Sequence record: SRR31156797_4650
DNA: 64,000 bases
Reading direction: 5' to 3' (one strand)
Shown: positions 29,416 through 38,400 of the stretch, piece after piece
Layout: each line of letters starts with the position of its first letter
Position numbering within the stretch: the stretch's first letter is position 1
Translations under genes and position numbers: made by a program
The notes under the pieces: generated by a model
Database searches by the model: none
Seen by the model: the letters and a program-made list of their open reading frames with translations, nothing else
Told to the model about the DNA's origin: nothing

Positions 29416-31337
29416 TAGAAGTCCCATGTCATACGTAAATCAACACTCGGGCCGATATGCAACGGAGAATATTGGTTCGTCGCTTCGCCAAGATTTCGAC
29501 CAATCAATTCGAGCATAAGGGTTTCCGAAGCTTTCCATGAGGCATGAGCTTCCAGAGAAAAATAACCGGGCATGAAACGCTCGTCCGGACTAATGGAATA
29601 TCCTGCCAACACATCAAACCCGACATCCTGCATGGGCTTCATGAACGCGTGAAGTTTATATTCACTCGACAATCCTTCCTCCGGCATGGAATCACCTGAC
29701 GGGAAAAAATCGATATTCCGAAGATCTTGATAAACAAGACCAATTGAAGGACTAAGACGCAACCACCTATTCACCGTCCAATCGAGAATAGCTTCAACTC
29801 CATACGCTGAACCTTCAAGTGAATTTGTCAAAGTGGCGGTCCGAGTCGCTCTATCAAAATCGATCATGGCAAGTTGATCGTAATCATTGATATAAAATGA
29901 AATGTCTCCATGGATATCCGAAGTGAAACGCTGACGATATCCGGCTTCATAGGCAATGAGTTTTTCTGTCGTCAGTGAATCCGGTGCATGAACGACGTAC
30001 TCTTTGCCACCATGCTCAATAGAATAACTTCCACTCCGTTGAAACCGTGTATCGGCCCGAACAGCCTTGGATACAGCCAACCAGTATTCCGAATCCTCCC
30101 GAGTATGCAGCAATCGGATCGTGGGTTGAACTTCCACAGGAGTCTGTCCGAAATAATCCAATTTAATTCCAAAAAAAAGAAACAAACTATCTTCAAGGAG
30201 TGTTACTCGATCTTGAACAAACCCATTTGAAGTAAATGTATACCGTCTTTCTTTATCGATAGTAGCCCTGTCTCCGCTTTTGATATCGTCCCAAAAGTAG
30301 CGACTTCCCACTCCCCATGTCAGTCGATGCCGACCGTATTGCTCGGCTGCATATTGTAATTCAGCGTCCAACGTATTAGTCCCGCCGGTCAAATCAGCCA
30401 CGCTAACGAGTTCGCGGGTAAACGAAGTCCTAAGACCCATCCCGGCATCCAACCCTGTCGCCCTATGCCAGGAAAATTGCCCATATCCACCAAATTCATT
30501 TCGAACATGCGGCCTGTAAATTTTTTGTGAACCAGAAGCACCATCATTGATGCTTGATGCCGCAAAGTCCCCTTGTAACGACAACGAATCAGTAAAAGCG
30601 TTCTCCCAATCGACCCGAAAACCACCCTGCTGTTTGACCCAATCCTGAGAGCTTCGATCATCACCCTCACCCGTAATCCAGTCACCGGTCCTGTAACCGC
30701 CGCTGAGATAGCCTCTGTAGGCCACGTCATCAACGGTGTCGCCATACCGAAACAACTGCTCTACGCCGGTTGATCCGGCAAGAGTCACACTCTGCCCGCC
30801 CTGCGTCTCAGCGGCACTTTTAGTAATAATATTGATAACGCCAGTAAAAGAATCTGCACCCCATAAATGGGTCCACACACCGCGCACGACTTCGATACGT
30901 TTCACCATACTGACCGGGATTGTGTTTCCCCAAACCACCCCTGCTGTTGTCGGTGAAGTAATAGGCCGACCATCAAGCAACACCAAATGCTTGTTGCTTA
31001 AAATCCCGTTGAAACCACGAATACCTATGGCCCACTTGTCTGTATCCATCTGAACAACATGCAGGCCAGGGACAAGTTTAAGTGCTTCTGCGATGGTAGT
31101 AGCCCCTGAGCGAAAGATGTCATCTTCGTCCAAAACGGTCACAGCTCCTGCGACCTGCGACAAAGGCTCGGCACGACGAGAGGAGGTAACCACGTCTACA
31201 TCCATCAACTCTTCAAGGCTCAATGAGGCCAAAGGATCGTCTGTATCGGCCCATGCACTGCCAACACAGCATAAAAAAAGACAAATAAGACACAGGCACT
31301 GGACCCGAAAAGCGGACAGCCACCCTCGCACCATCAT
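29415..31337 (-). CDS. TonB-dependent receptor-like outer-membrane protein
   Basis: Signal peptide; LSLEELMDVDV, IRGFN, LVLLDGR and IEVVRG plug motifs; C-terminal Phe (WDF). Confidence 0.88.
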   Translation of the reverse strand: MMVRGWLSAFRVQCLCLICLFLCCVGSAWADTDDPLASLSLEELMDVDVVTSSRRAEPLSQVAGAVTVLDEDDIFRSGATTIAEALKLVPGLHVVQMDTDKWAIGIRGFNGILSNKHLVLLDGRPITSPTTAGVVWGNTIPVSMVKRIEVVRGVWTHLWGADSFTGVINIITKSAAETQGGQSVTLAGSTGVEQLFRYGDTVDDVAYRGYLSGGYRTGDWITGEGDDRSSQDWVKQQGGFRVDWENAFTDSLSLQGDFAASSINDGASGSQKIYRPHVRNEFGGYGQFSWHRATGLDAGMGLRTSFTRELVSVADLTGGTNTLDAELQYAAEQYGRHRLTWGVGSRYFWDDIKSGDRATIDKERRYTFTSNGFVQDRVTLLEDSLFLFFGIKLDYFGQTPVEVQPTIRLLHTREDSEYWLAVSKAVRADTRFQRSGSYSIEHGGKEYVVHAPDSLTTEKLIAYEAGYRQRFTSDIHGDISFYINDYDQLAMIDFDRATRTATLTNSLEGSAYGVEAILDWTVNRWLRLSPSIGLVYQDLRNIDFFPSGDSMPEEGLSSEYKLHAFMKPMQDVGFDVLAGYSISPDERFMPGYFSLEAHASWKASETLMLELIGRNLGEATNQYSPLHIGPSVDLRMTWDF

Positions 31338-32044
31338 TAGACAGCCGCTCCCTGTGAAGTGGCGAGTAGATATCCTCTTCCTCGAATAGTCTTGATGCTG
31401 ACGTGTGCCCCCAGCTTTTTCCGCAGATTACTCATATGAACATTAAGGACGTAATCATCAAACTCAACACCCCGACCAAGCGCCTGCTCCATAAGATCAT
31501 TTCGTTCAACCACGGCCCCCATATTCAAGGCTAACTGTTCAACGATATCATACTCCGTTGAAGTCAAATGCACGGGATTGTCATCAAGGGTCATGTTGCG
31601 GGTATTTCTATCAATGACCACATTACCAAATTCAATGCTCTTCTTCCTGAGCATCTTCACGGTCCCGCCTTCTGATCGACTGGTGTCATACCGGCGAAGC
31701 ACGGCCCGAATTCTCGCCAGCAACTCACGAAGCGGAAAAGGTTTGGCGATGTAATCATCAGCCCCCATTTCCAATCCTACCACCCGGTCAATCTCTTCTC
31801 CGCGCCCGGTCAGCATGATCACCGGAATATTTGAATTAGATCTCAAGGCAGAAAGAACATTGAATCCACTCAGGTCAGGCAACATGACATCAAGCAGAAT
31901 CAGCTCATACGACTTTTTCTCGGCAGCCTGAATACCAGACTCACCTGTATACATTGAATCAAGGGTAAACCCTTCGCTTTGAAGATAGCTGGACAAAAGC
32001 TCCGCAACCTCAGGATCGTCATCTATCAACAACAGATCACTCAT
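31337..32044 (-). CDS. OmpR/CpxR-family response regulator
   Basis: LIDDD, LLDVMLP, GADDYIAKPF, VHMSNLRKKL and TIRGRGY motifs. Confidence 0.95.
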   Translation of the reverse strand: MSDLLLIDDDPEVAELLSSYLQSEGFTLDSMYTGESGIQAAEKKSYELILLDVMLPDLSGFNVLSALRSNSNIPVIMLTGRGEEIDRVVGLEMGADDYIAKPFPLRELLARIRAVLRRYDTSRSEGGTVKMLRKKSIEFGNVVIDRNTRNMTLDDNPVHLTSTEYDIVEQLALNMGAVVERNDLMEQALGRGVEFDDYVLNVHMSNLRKKLGAHVSIKTIRGRGYLLATSQGAAV

Positions 32045-32229
32045 ACCGCCCCCTTTTCATTTGATTATATAGCTTTAGAAGAAACGCTGAAACTCATATA
32101 ATGTTAATTTATATAAAGAAGGTTAAGACACATTAATAATCACTGTATTTTTCTCAATATCTCATGCAATTTTTATGCAGGGAAAAATTTTCCCATGTAA
32201 ACGGATTGCCCACCCTCCTCCGTATAGAG

Positions 32230-32245
32230 GGGCATTGAATGTGCG
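32230..32245 (+). promoter_or_regulatory. Candidate sigma54 promoter of the flagellin gene
   Basis: GGGCATTGAATGTGCG has GG-N10-GC spacing. Perfect palindrome GGGAAAA-A-TTTTCCC upstream at 32180-32194. Confidence 0.45.
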
Positions 32246-32271
32246 TTTTGCTCACCGTGAACAAAACCACC

Positions 32272-32298
32272 GCATGGATGCACCCACTTTCAAGGAGG
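32272..32298 (+). promoter_or_regulatory. CsrA-binding hairpin plus RBS in the flagellin leader
   Basis: GCA-TGGA-TGC (GGA in the loop), with a second GGA in the RBS AAGGAGG. Confidence 0.6.
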
Positions 32299-32303
32299 AA
32301 AGT

Positions 32304-33158
32304 ATGTCTCTGGTCGTTAACAACAACTTAATGGCAAACTCGGCAGCCCGGTATCTGAACAACGCATACAGTGCTTTGGGCACCTCAACGGAACGCCTGT
32401 CTTCTGGTCTGCGCGTCAACAGCGCAGCGGATGATGCCGCTGGACTGGCAGTCCGCGAGCTTATGCGCTCCGACATCTCAACCCTCAACCAAGGGGTCAG
32501 GAACGCCAATGACGGCATTTCCATGATCCAGACAGCAGACGGAGCGCTTTCCGTCATTGATGAAAAGCTCATCCGTATGAAGGAACTGGCCGAGCAGGCC
32601 GCCACCGGTACGTACACCGACAGTCAGCGTGAACTTATCGACGATGAGTATCAGGCCATGGCTTCGGAAATTACCCGTATCGCCAATGCTACTGACTTCA
32701 ACGGCATTTACTTGCTCAACGGCAATCTGTCCGGCGACGGACTGACAGTTCACTTCGGTACTGGCAACGATGCCACTGAGGACAAGTACGCCATTACCAT
32801 CGACAATTGCACAGCATCAGCTCTCGGGGTGGGCTCAAACAGCACTACCGGAGTCGGCGCTGCCGTTTCTACTCAGGAACTCGCCCAGAATTCTCTGGAC
32901 GCACTCAACTCGGCCATCGTGTCCAAGGACAAAGTCCGAGCCAACCTGGGTTCAATGCAAAACAGACTCTCGGCAACCATTTCCAATCTGGAAGTCCAGG
33001 CGGAAAACCTTCAGGCTGCCGAATCCCGCATCTCCGATGTGGACGTGGCAACTGAGATGACCGAGTACACCAAGCAGCAGATCATAACCCAATCTGCCGT
33101 GGCCATGCTCTCACAGGCCAACTCACTCCCGCAGATGGCCTTGTCACTCATCGGCTAG
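32304..33158 (+). CDS. fliC: Flagellin (284 aa, minimal D0/D1 type)
   Basis: ERLSSGLRVNSAADDAAGLA, NANDGISMIQTADGAL and AESRISDVDVATEM motifs. RBS AAGGAGG places the start at 32304. Confidence 0.96.
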   Translation: MSLVVNNNLMANSAARYLNNAYSALGTSTERLSSGLRVNSAADDAAGLAVRELMRSDISTLNQGVRNANDGISMIQTADGALSVIDEKLIRMKELAEQAATGTYTDSQRELIDDEYQAMASEITRIANATDFNGIYLLNGNLSGDGLTVHFGTGNDATEDKYAITIDNCTASALGVGSNSTTGVGAAVSTQELAQNSLDALNSAIVSKDKVRANLGSMQNRLSATISNLEVQAENLQAAESRISDVDVATEMTEYTKQQIITQSAVAMLSQANSLPQMALSLIG

Positions 33159-33176
33159 TCCACTCCTTCTCCAACA

Positions 33177-33213
33177 TGAGGACCGACTCGGAACCAATCC
33201 GGGCCGGTCCTCA
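33177..33213 (+). terminator. Long stem-loop after fliC
   Basis: TGAGGACCG...CGGTCCTCA with an inner TCGGA/TCCGG pair; weak U-tract. Confidence 0.6.
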
Positions 33214-33451
33214 CTCTTTACATCGTCCAAACTCCCGACGCGGTTACATCTTTTTTCCCATCGGCGTTTTTTTCCGGCCTGCACTTTCCCTCACGGAGAA
33301 CAAATGGTTTTACCCCACTCTCAACTATCTTTTTTTATTAAGAATTATTTATTTTCATTTCATCAGAACGGATTCATCAAAATAAAACAGATCAATTCTT
33401 CATTTTTTAAAAATATTTACTAACATATTTTTTATATAAGTAAATATTAAA

Positions 33452-33467
33452 CGGTATTCATATTGCT
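33452..33467 (+). promoter_or_regulatory. Sigma54 (-24/-12) promoter of the sigma-flgDEKL-fliD operon
   Basis: CGGTATTCATATTGCT (GG-N10-GC with TTGCT). Predicted +1 near 33478, just before RBS AGGAGG; preceded by a very AT-rich tract. Confidence 0.6.
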
Positions 33468-33491
33468 CATTTTGTAGTCAGGAGGCGAACA

Positions 33492-34073
33492 ATGAGTAGT
33501 ACACTAGTTGAAATAGAAAAGAGTTTTGGCGAGATATCATATGATAATCTCTTTAAAAAGCACTCTAAACTCATATTCAAACTCATTTATAACTTCATTA
33601 ATGCAAAAAATATTAAACTTCATAGCAGTGAAGTGGATGACATCTTTCAAGAAATTGCATTAAAAATTTTTAAAAATGACTATCTTTCTAAATACAATAA
33701 AGAAAAAAGCTCATTTATTACATGGCTTAATATCATATGTAGAACAACTACAATTGATTACTACAGAAAGAAAATTCGTTGGACAGAGTCTGTACTCACC
33801 GAATCACACAACAGCTCCGAAGCGACAAGTGTGGACGCAGCCATATTCAGTCTCCCGGCGGGAGTTCTTACAGCCCGACAAACGGAAGTCATAACACTCC
33901 TCTTTAAGGAAGGAATGGTGGCCTGCGAAGTCGCAACAGCATTGGGAATCACAACCAGAACCGTCAGAAGCATCAAATTCCAAGCCCTAAATAGACTTCG
34001 TGATTACTACGGCGCCACGCCAGCACTTCACGAAATAGGCATCACGGAAACACACAGGAGGAAGGTCTCATGA
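33492..34073 (+). CDS. ECF-type RNA polymerase sigma factor
   Basis: Region 2 DDIFQE...FITWLNIICRTTTIDYYRK; region 4 LTARQTEVI...EVATALGITTRTVRS...ALNRLR; 193 aa; ATGA overlap with flgD. Confidence 0.85.
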   Translation: MSSTLVEIEKSFGEISYDNLFKKHSKLIFKLIYNFINAKNIKLHSSEVDDIFQEIALKIFKNDYLSKYNKEKSSFITWLNIICRTTTIDYYRKKIRWTESVLTESHNSSEATSVDAAIFSLPAGVLTARQTEVITLLFKEGMVACEVATALGITTRTVRSIKFQALNRLRDYYGATPALHEIGITETHRRKVS

Positions 34074-34756
34074 GTATCGACACCACAAGTTATTACGACT
34101 CACTGGTGCAGTCTTCTGCGCCTGATCCGGTCACCATCACCACTGATACTGAAGCCAGCTCCCTCTCCTCGGATGATTTCATCACGTTGTTGCTGGCCGA
34201 GTTACAATATCAGGACCCAACAGAGCCTGTGGACAACGCACAGATGGTCGACCAGATGACCCAATACTCCCAGCTCGAACAGATGACGGAGATGAATGAA
34301 AAAATGGATGCCCTGACCGAAAGTCTTGGTTCCATGACCGCCGCCAACGGCTTGGACTACCTCGGCAAACAGGTCGAAGCGGATGGATCAACCATCAGCG
34401 TATCGGGTGACTCCATTTCCTCTCTTTATTTCGAACTGCCCGAAGACGCCGCCTCAGTGACCTGCAACGTCTACGACAGCAATGGTTCCATTGTGGACAC
34501 CGAAACCTACTCCGAACTGAATGCCGGAATCAGTGCATTCACGTGGGACGGCACCGATTACAACGGCGACACAGCGAGCAACGGCATATACTACGTGGTC
34601 GTTTCCGCACAAGACAGCAATGGAGCGGATATCGACGTATCCACCACAACCACGGGCACCGTTATCGGCATCAGCAATACCGATGATGGCGTCATCCTTT
34701 CTCTCGACGACGGACGCACCGTGAACATGCTGGACGTCACATACGCCACTTCTTGA
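34070..34756 (+). CDS. flgD: Flagellar hook-capping protein FlgD (acidic paralog)
   Basis: DDFITLLLAELQYQDPTEPVDN...QYSQLEQ and FTWDG motifs. Confidence 0.93.
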   Translation: MSIDTTSYYDSLVQSSAPDPVTITTDTEASSLSSDDFITLLLAELQYQDPTEPVDNAQMVDQMTQYSQLEQMTEMNEKMDALTESLGSMTAANGLDYLGKQVEADGSTISVSGDSISSLYFELPEDAASVTCNVYDSNGSIVDTETYSELNAGISAFTWDGTDYNGDTASNGIYYVVVSAQDSNGADIDVSTTTTGTVIGISNTDDGVILSLDDGRTVNMLDVTYATS

Positions 34757-34796
34757 TCAAAATTAATCAACTTTCTGTCAATACAAGGAGATAGAC

Positions 34797-36347
34797 ATGA
34801 GTATCACAGGATCAATGTACGCAGGGATTTCCGGTCTTCAGGCACAAAGTCAGGCGACTTCGGTGGTCAGCAGCAACCTCGCGAACTCCACAACCACTGG
34901 CTACAAAAGTTCATCCATAGCTTTTGAAGACGTTTTCTACAGCACGGTCTACGCAGGCAACAGCGCTGACCAGGTCGGTAACGGTGTATCCGTGGCCTCC
35001 ATCAATACTGATTTCTCTCAGGGTGCATACCAATCCACCAACTCAGTCACTGACGTTGCCATCAACGGTGATGGATTCTACATGCTCGTGGACCCAGACA
35101 CAGACAATACCTATTACACCCGCGCCGGCAACTTCACCTTTGACACGAATGGCTACCTCGTAGATGCCCACGGCAATCGTGTTCAGGGATGGGAAATGGC
35201 AGACGATTCCATCTCCGGCGGGTTGACCGATATCCAACTGGACAACTCTCAGTCCCCGCCCAACGCCACCAGCGAAATCAGCTTCTCGTTGAACCTCGAT
35301 TCTACATCCACGGACAACAGCACATCCACCACCAGCCCATACACAGCACTGTTTGATGCCTATGACGGTACGGCAGAACCACCCATGGACGACTCCCGTT
35401 ATGCATATCAGACAACCATCTCGACATATGACGAGAATGGTGCCGCCCATGACATGACCATATATTTCGACCCCGTGGAAACCACTGACGGCGATCTGGT
35501 TTGGGAATACGTCCTCACCTGTGATGCCAGTGAAGACATGCGCGATTTCAACGGCACTGAAATGAGCACCACAAGCGGTGCGGGCGCACTCATGACCGGC
35601 ACCATGACGTTCTCCTCTTCCGGTGATCTGCAAAGCATGACTGCGTTCACTCTCTCGGACACACCGACGGACCCGACCGATCCCATGGCTGCCGAGAACT
35701 GGGAACTGGCGGAATTCGACACCAACGGGCTACCCATCTTCGACACCAATTTCACCGGCTCCGACGAAAATCAGGAAATCACACTGGACCTCGGCATCTC
35801 GAACTCGGATTACAGCACAGGCACCGGTTGGGACACCACCGGCGGCATTGACTCACTGGATGACTTGAACGCGGCAACCGTTACCGATGACCTACCTTCA
35901 TTCAATACGGGCGTTCTTGCCACAGGCGCCACCACCAGCACGACCTCCGGGTCCGCTACATTCAGCCTGAATCAGGACGGTTATGCTCCCGGCGTGCTCA
36001 TCGATGTTTCCATCAGCGAAAACGGCGTGCTTTCAGGTCGATATACCAATGGGCAGACACAAGAACTGTACACTCTCGGACTGGCTGACTTCACCAACAC
36101 ACAGGGTCTCTATTCTGAAGGAAGCAATCTGTACTCGGCGACCACGGAATCCGGACAGGCCTATATCGGCACTCCCGGCTCCGCAGGCTTCGGCTCCATA
36201 GCCTCCAACGTTCTGGAACAATCCAACGTGGACACAGCCACGGAACTGACCAACCTCATCATTATCCAAGCCGCATATCAGGCCAACTCCAAGGTCGTCA
36301 CTACGGCAGACACTCTGCTCCAGACAGCCATTGGTATGAAGCGATAA
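34797..36347 (+). CDS. flgE: Flagellar hook protein FlgE (acidic paralog)
   Basis: NLANSTTTGYK, DVAINGDGF, YTRAGNF, QDGY and LEQSNVD...YQANSKV motifs. Confidence 0.95.
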   Translation: MSITGSMYAGISGLQAQSQATSVVSSNLANSTTTGYKSSSIAFEDVFYSTVYAGNSADQVGNGVSVASINTDFSQGAYQSTNSVTDVAINGDGFYMLVDPDTDNTYYTRAGNFTFDTNGYLVDAHGNRVQGWEMADDSISGGLTDIQLDNSQSPPNATSEISFSLNLDSTSTDNSTSTTSPYTALFDAYDGTAEPPMDDSRYAYQTTISTYDENGAAHDMTIYFDPVETTDGDLVWEYVLTCDASEDMRDFNGTEMSTTSGAGALMTGTMTFSSSGDLQSMTAFTLSDTPTDPTDPMAAENWELAEFDTNGLPIFDTNFTGSDENQEITLDLGISNSDYSTGTGWDTTGGIDSLDDLNAATVTDDLPSFNTGVLATGATTSTTSGSATFSLNQDGYAPGVLIDVSISENGVLSGRYTNGQTQELYTLGLADFTNTQGLYSEGSNLYSATTESGQAYIGTPGSAGFGSIASNVLEQSNVDTATELTNLIIIQAAYQANSKVVTTADTLLQTAIGMKR

Positions 36348-36371
36348 CGGTCACGATATCGGGAGGGCGAC

Positions 36372-38384
36372 ATGATCAACAATCTGTATAATATCGGACT
36401 GAAGTCACTGCAAAATGCGCAAGTGTCCATCGACAACGCGTCGAACAACATCGCCAATGCAGACACGCCCGGATACCAACAGACAGAGGCCGTTTACGAA
36501 ACCGGCGATTCCATCACCATACAAGGTCTCACTGTCGGCACTGGTGCGGACGTGGTGGCCATCCAGTCGGCATTCGATGAATTTGTGGAAGCGCAATATC
36601 TCGACGCCTCCGCAGATTTGGCCTGTCAAAACGCCGCCTATCAGTACCTGTATCAACTCGACTCACTGCTAAACCAAACGGACGGTGGACTCAGTACATC
36701 GCTGGATGATTTCTTCCTGGCCTGGAATGAATTGAGCACTGATCCGGACTCTCTGTCCGCACGTGAAGCCCTATTGGGTGAAACGCAATCATTAATCTAC
36801 GGTCTCAATTCCACAGCAGAACAACTTGAAGGTGTGGAAGAAAGCATCAACACGGAAATCCAGAACGAAATAAGCGAAGCCAATCAACTCATTGAAGACA
36901 TAGCCCTGTCGAATGCGGCCATTGCAGCCAATCCAAATGATCTTCAGGCCATTGCCGAACGCGATCAGATGATCCGTAATCTCGATGCGATCATCGGAGT
37001 CAACGCGCTTTACAAATCCAATGGGGAAGTCACGATCATGACCGAAGAGGGATATACCATGGTGGACGGAACTGAAACGCACAGCCTTGTCTATGGAGAT
37101 CCGAATGCTACGGCTTCACTGATTCGTGACTCTGATTATGATGGAACTATCGAGTTCTCCGGGTCATCAAGTGAAGAACTCCTTCTTGAATTCGTTTCTA
37201 CCGGCCCGGACGGAACAGCGGAATTCAAAGTCTCCACCGACGGCGGCAATACCTGGTTGGAAGACGAAAACGGCGACACCATGCTCTACACGGCGGGCGA
37301 CGAGAATTCCCCAGTTGAAATCGAAGGGGTAGAGATATGGTTTGAGGGCAGCACCACAGACCATACAACAGGTGATCGATACGCCGTTACCCCCAAAAGC
37401 GGCCTGTATTGGGAAACCGGTGATGGTTCATTACAAAACATCACCCCCATGACCGATGCATCGGGGCAGGGAGTCTCCGGACGCACTTCAGGAGGAAGTC
37501 TGGCAGGGCTTTACACAGCACGAGATGACACAGTTCTCCCCACCCTTGACGCACTGGATGACATAGCCAATGCCCTCATCTGGGAAGTCAACGCCGAACA
37601 TGCGCAGGGGGCCGGACTGGAACATCACACAGGACTGACTGGCAGCTACAGCATGGAGGATTCCAGCGCCCTGCTCAGCAACAGTGGTCTCACATATGCC
37701 GACAATATTCAGGCAGGAGAGCTTGAATTGGTGACATACAACGCAGAAGGAACGGTCTCCACTTCGGCTGTCATATCCGTTGATCCGGCCACGAATTCCA
37801 TGGATGACATCATCAATTCCATCAACACACTCTATGCAGGAGAACTCACGGCATCCGTCAACGGTGACGGGCAACTGCAAATCGCAGCAGCCTCGGACGT
37901 AAGTTTCGAGATTGCAGGAGACTCATCAAACCTTCTTGCCGCGACAGGCATGAATACCTTTTTCACGGGTTCGGATGCTTCGACCATTGCAATAGACAGT
38001 TACATCGCAACCGACACCGCACACATCAACAGCGGAGTCGTTGGTGACGACGGTCTGGTTTCATCTGGAAACAACGATGTAGCCAACGCAATGATGACTC
38101 TTTCAAGCGAGAACGTCTCTGTAGGGTCTATGACCACGACTCTCAGTGCTGCCCTTTCAACGCTTGTATCTGACGTTGGTTCAGCAACCTATTCCACAGA
38201 ACTCAAGCTGACCTATGCCCAGACTTCAGCCCAGTATCTTTACGACCAACAGGCCTCTGTCAGTGAAGTAAATGTTGACGAAGAGCTTCTCGATCTCACC
38301 AAATATCAACAACAATACCAAGCTGCTGCAGAAATAATCTCTGTCACGCGAACCATGATGGATACCATTTTGGACATGGTCTAA
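36372..38384 (+). CDS. flgK: Hook-associated protein FlgK (acidic paralog)
   Basis: NNIANADTPGY, GGSLAGL and VNVDEE...YQQQYQAAA motifs. Confidence 0.92.
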   Translation: MINNLYNIGLKSLQNAQVSIDNASNNIANADTPGYQQTEAVYETGDSITIQGLTVGTGADVVAIQSAFDEFVEAQYLDASADLACQNAAYQYLYQLDSLLNQTDGGLSTSLDDFFLAWNELSTDPDSLSAREALLGETQSLIYGLNSTAEQLEGVEESINTEIQNEISEANQLIEDIALSNAAIAANPNDLQAIAERDQMIRNLDAIIGVNALYKSNGEVTIMTEEGYTMVDGTETHSLVYGDPNATASLIRDSDYDGTIEFSGSSSEELLLEFVSTGPDGTAEFKVSTDGGNTWLEDENGDTMLYTAGDENSPVEIEGVEIWFEGSTTDHTTGDRYAVTPKSGLYWETGDGSLQNITPMTDASGQGVSGRTSGGSLAGLYTARDDTVLPTLDALDDIANALIWEVNAEHAQGAGLEHHTGLTGSYSMEDSSALLSNSGLTYADNIQAGELELVTYNAEGTVSTSAVISVDPATNSMDDIINSINTLYAGELTASVNGDGQLQIAAASDVSFEIAGDSSNLLAATGMNTFFTGSDASTIAIDSYIATDTAHINSGVVGDDGLVSSGNNDVANAMMTLSSENVSVGSMTTTLSAALSTLVSDVGSATYSTELKLTYAQTSAQYLYDQQASVSEVNVDEELLDLTKYQQQYQAAAEIISVTRTMMDTILDMV

Positions 38385-38400
38385 CCTCAAAGGAACAGTC

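Noticed and set aside
32175-32303. 43-aa N-terminal extension of flagellin
   Set aside because: Flagellin homology and the RBS begin at 32304; the region is promoter/leader.
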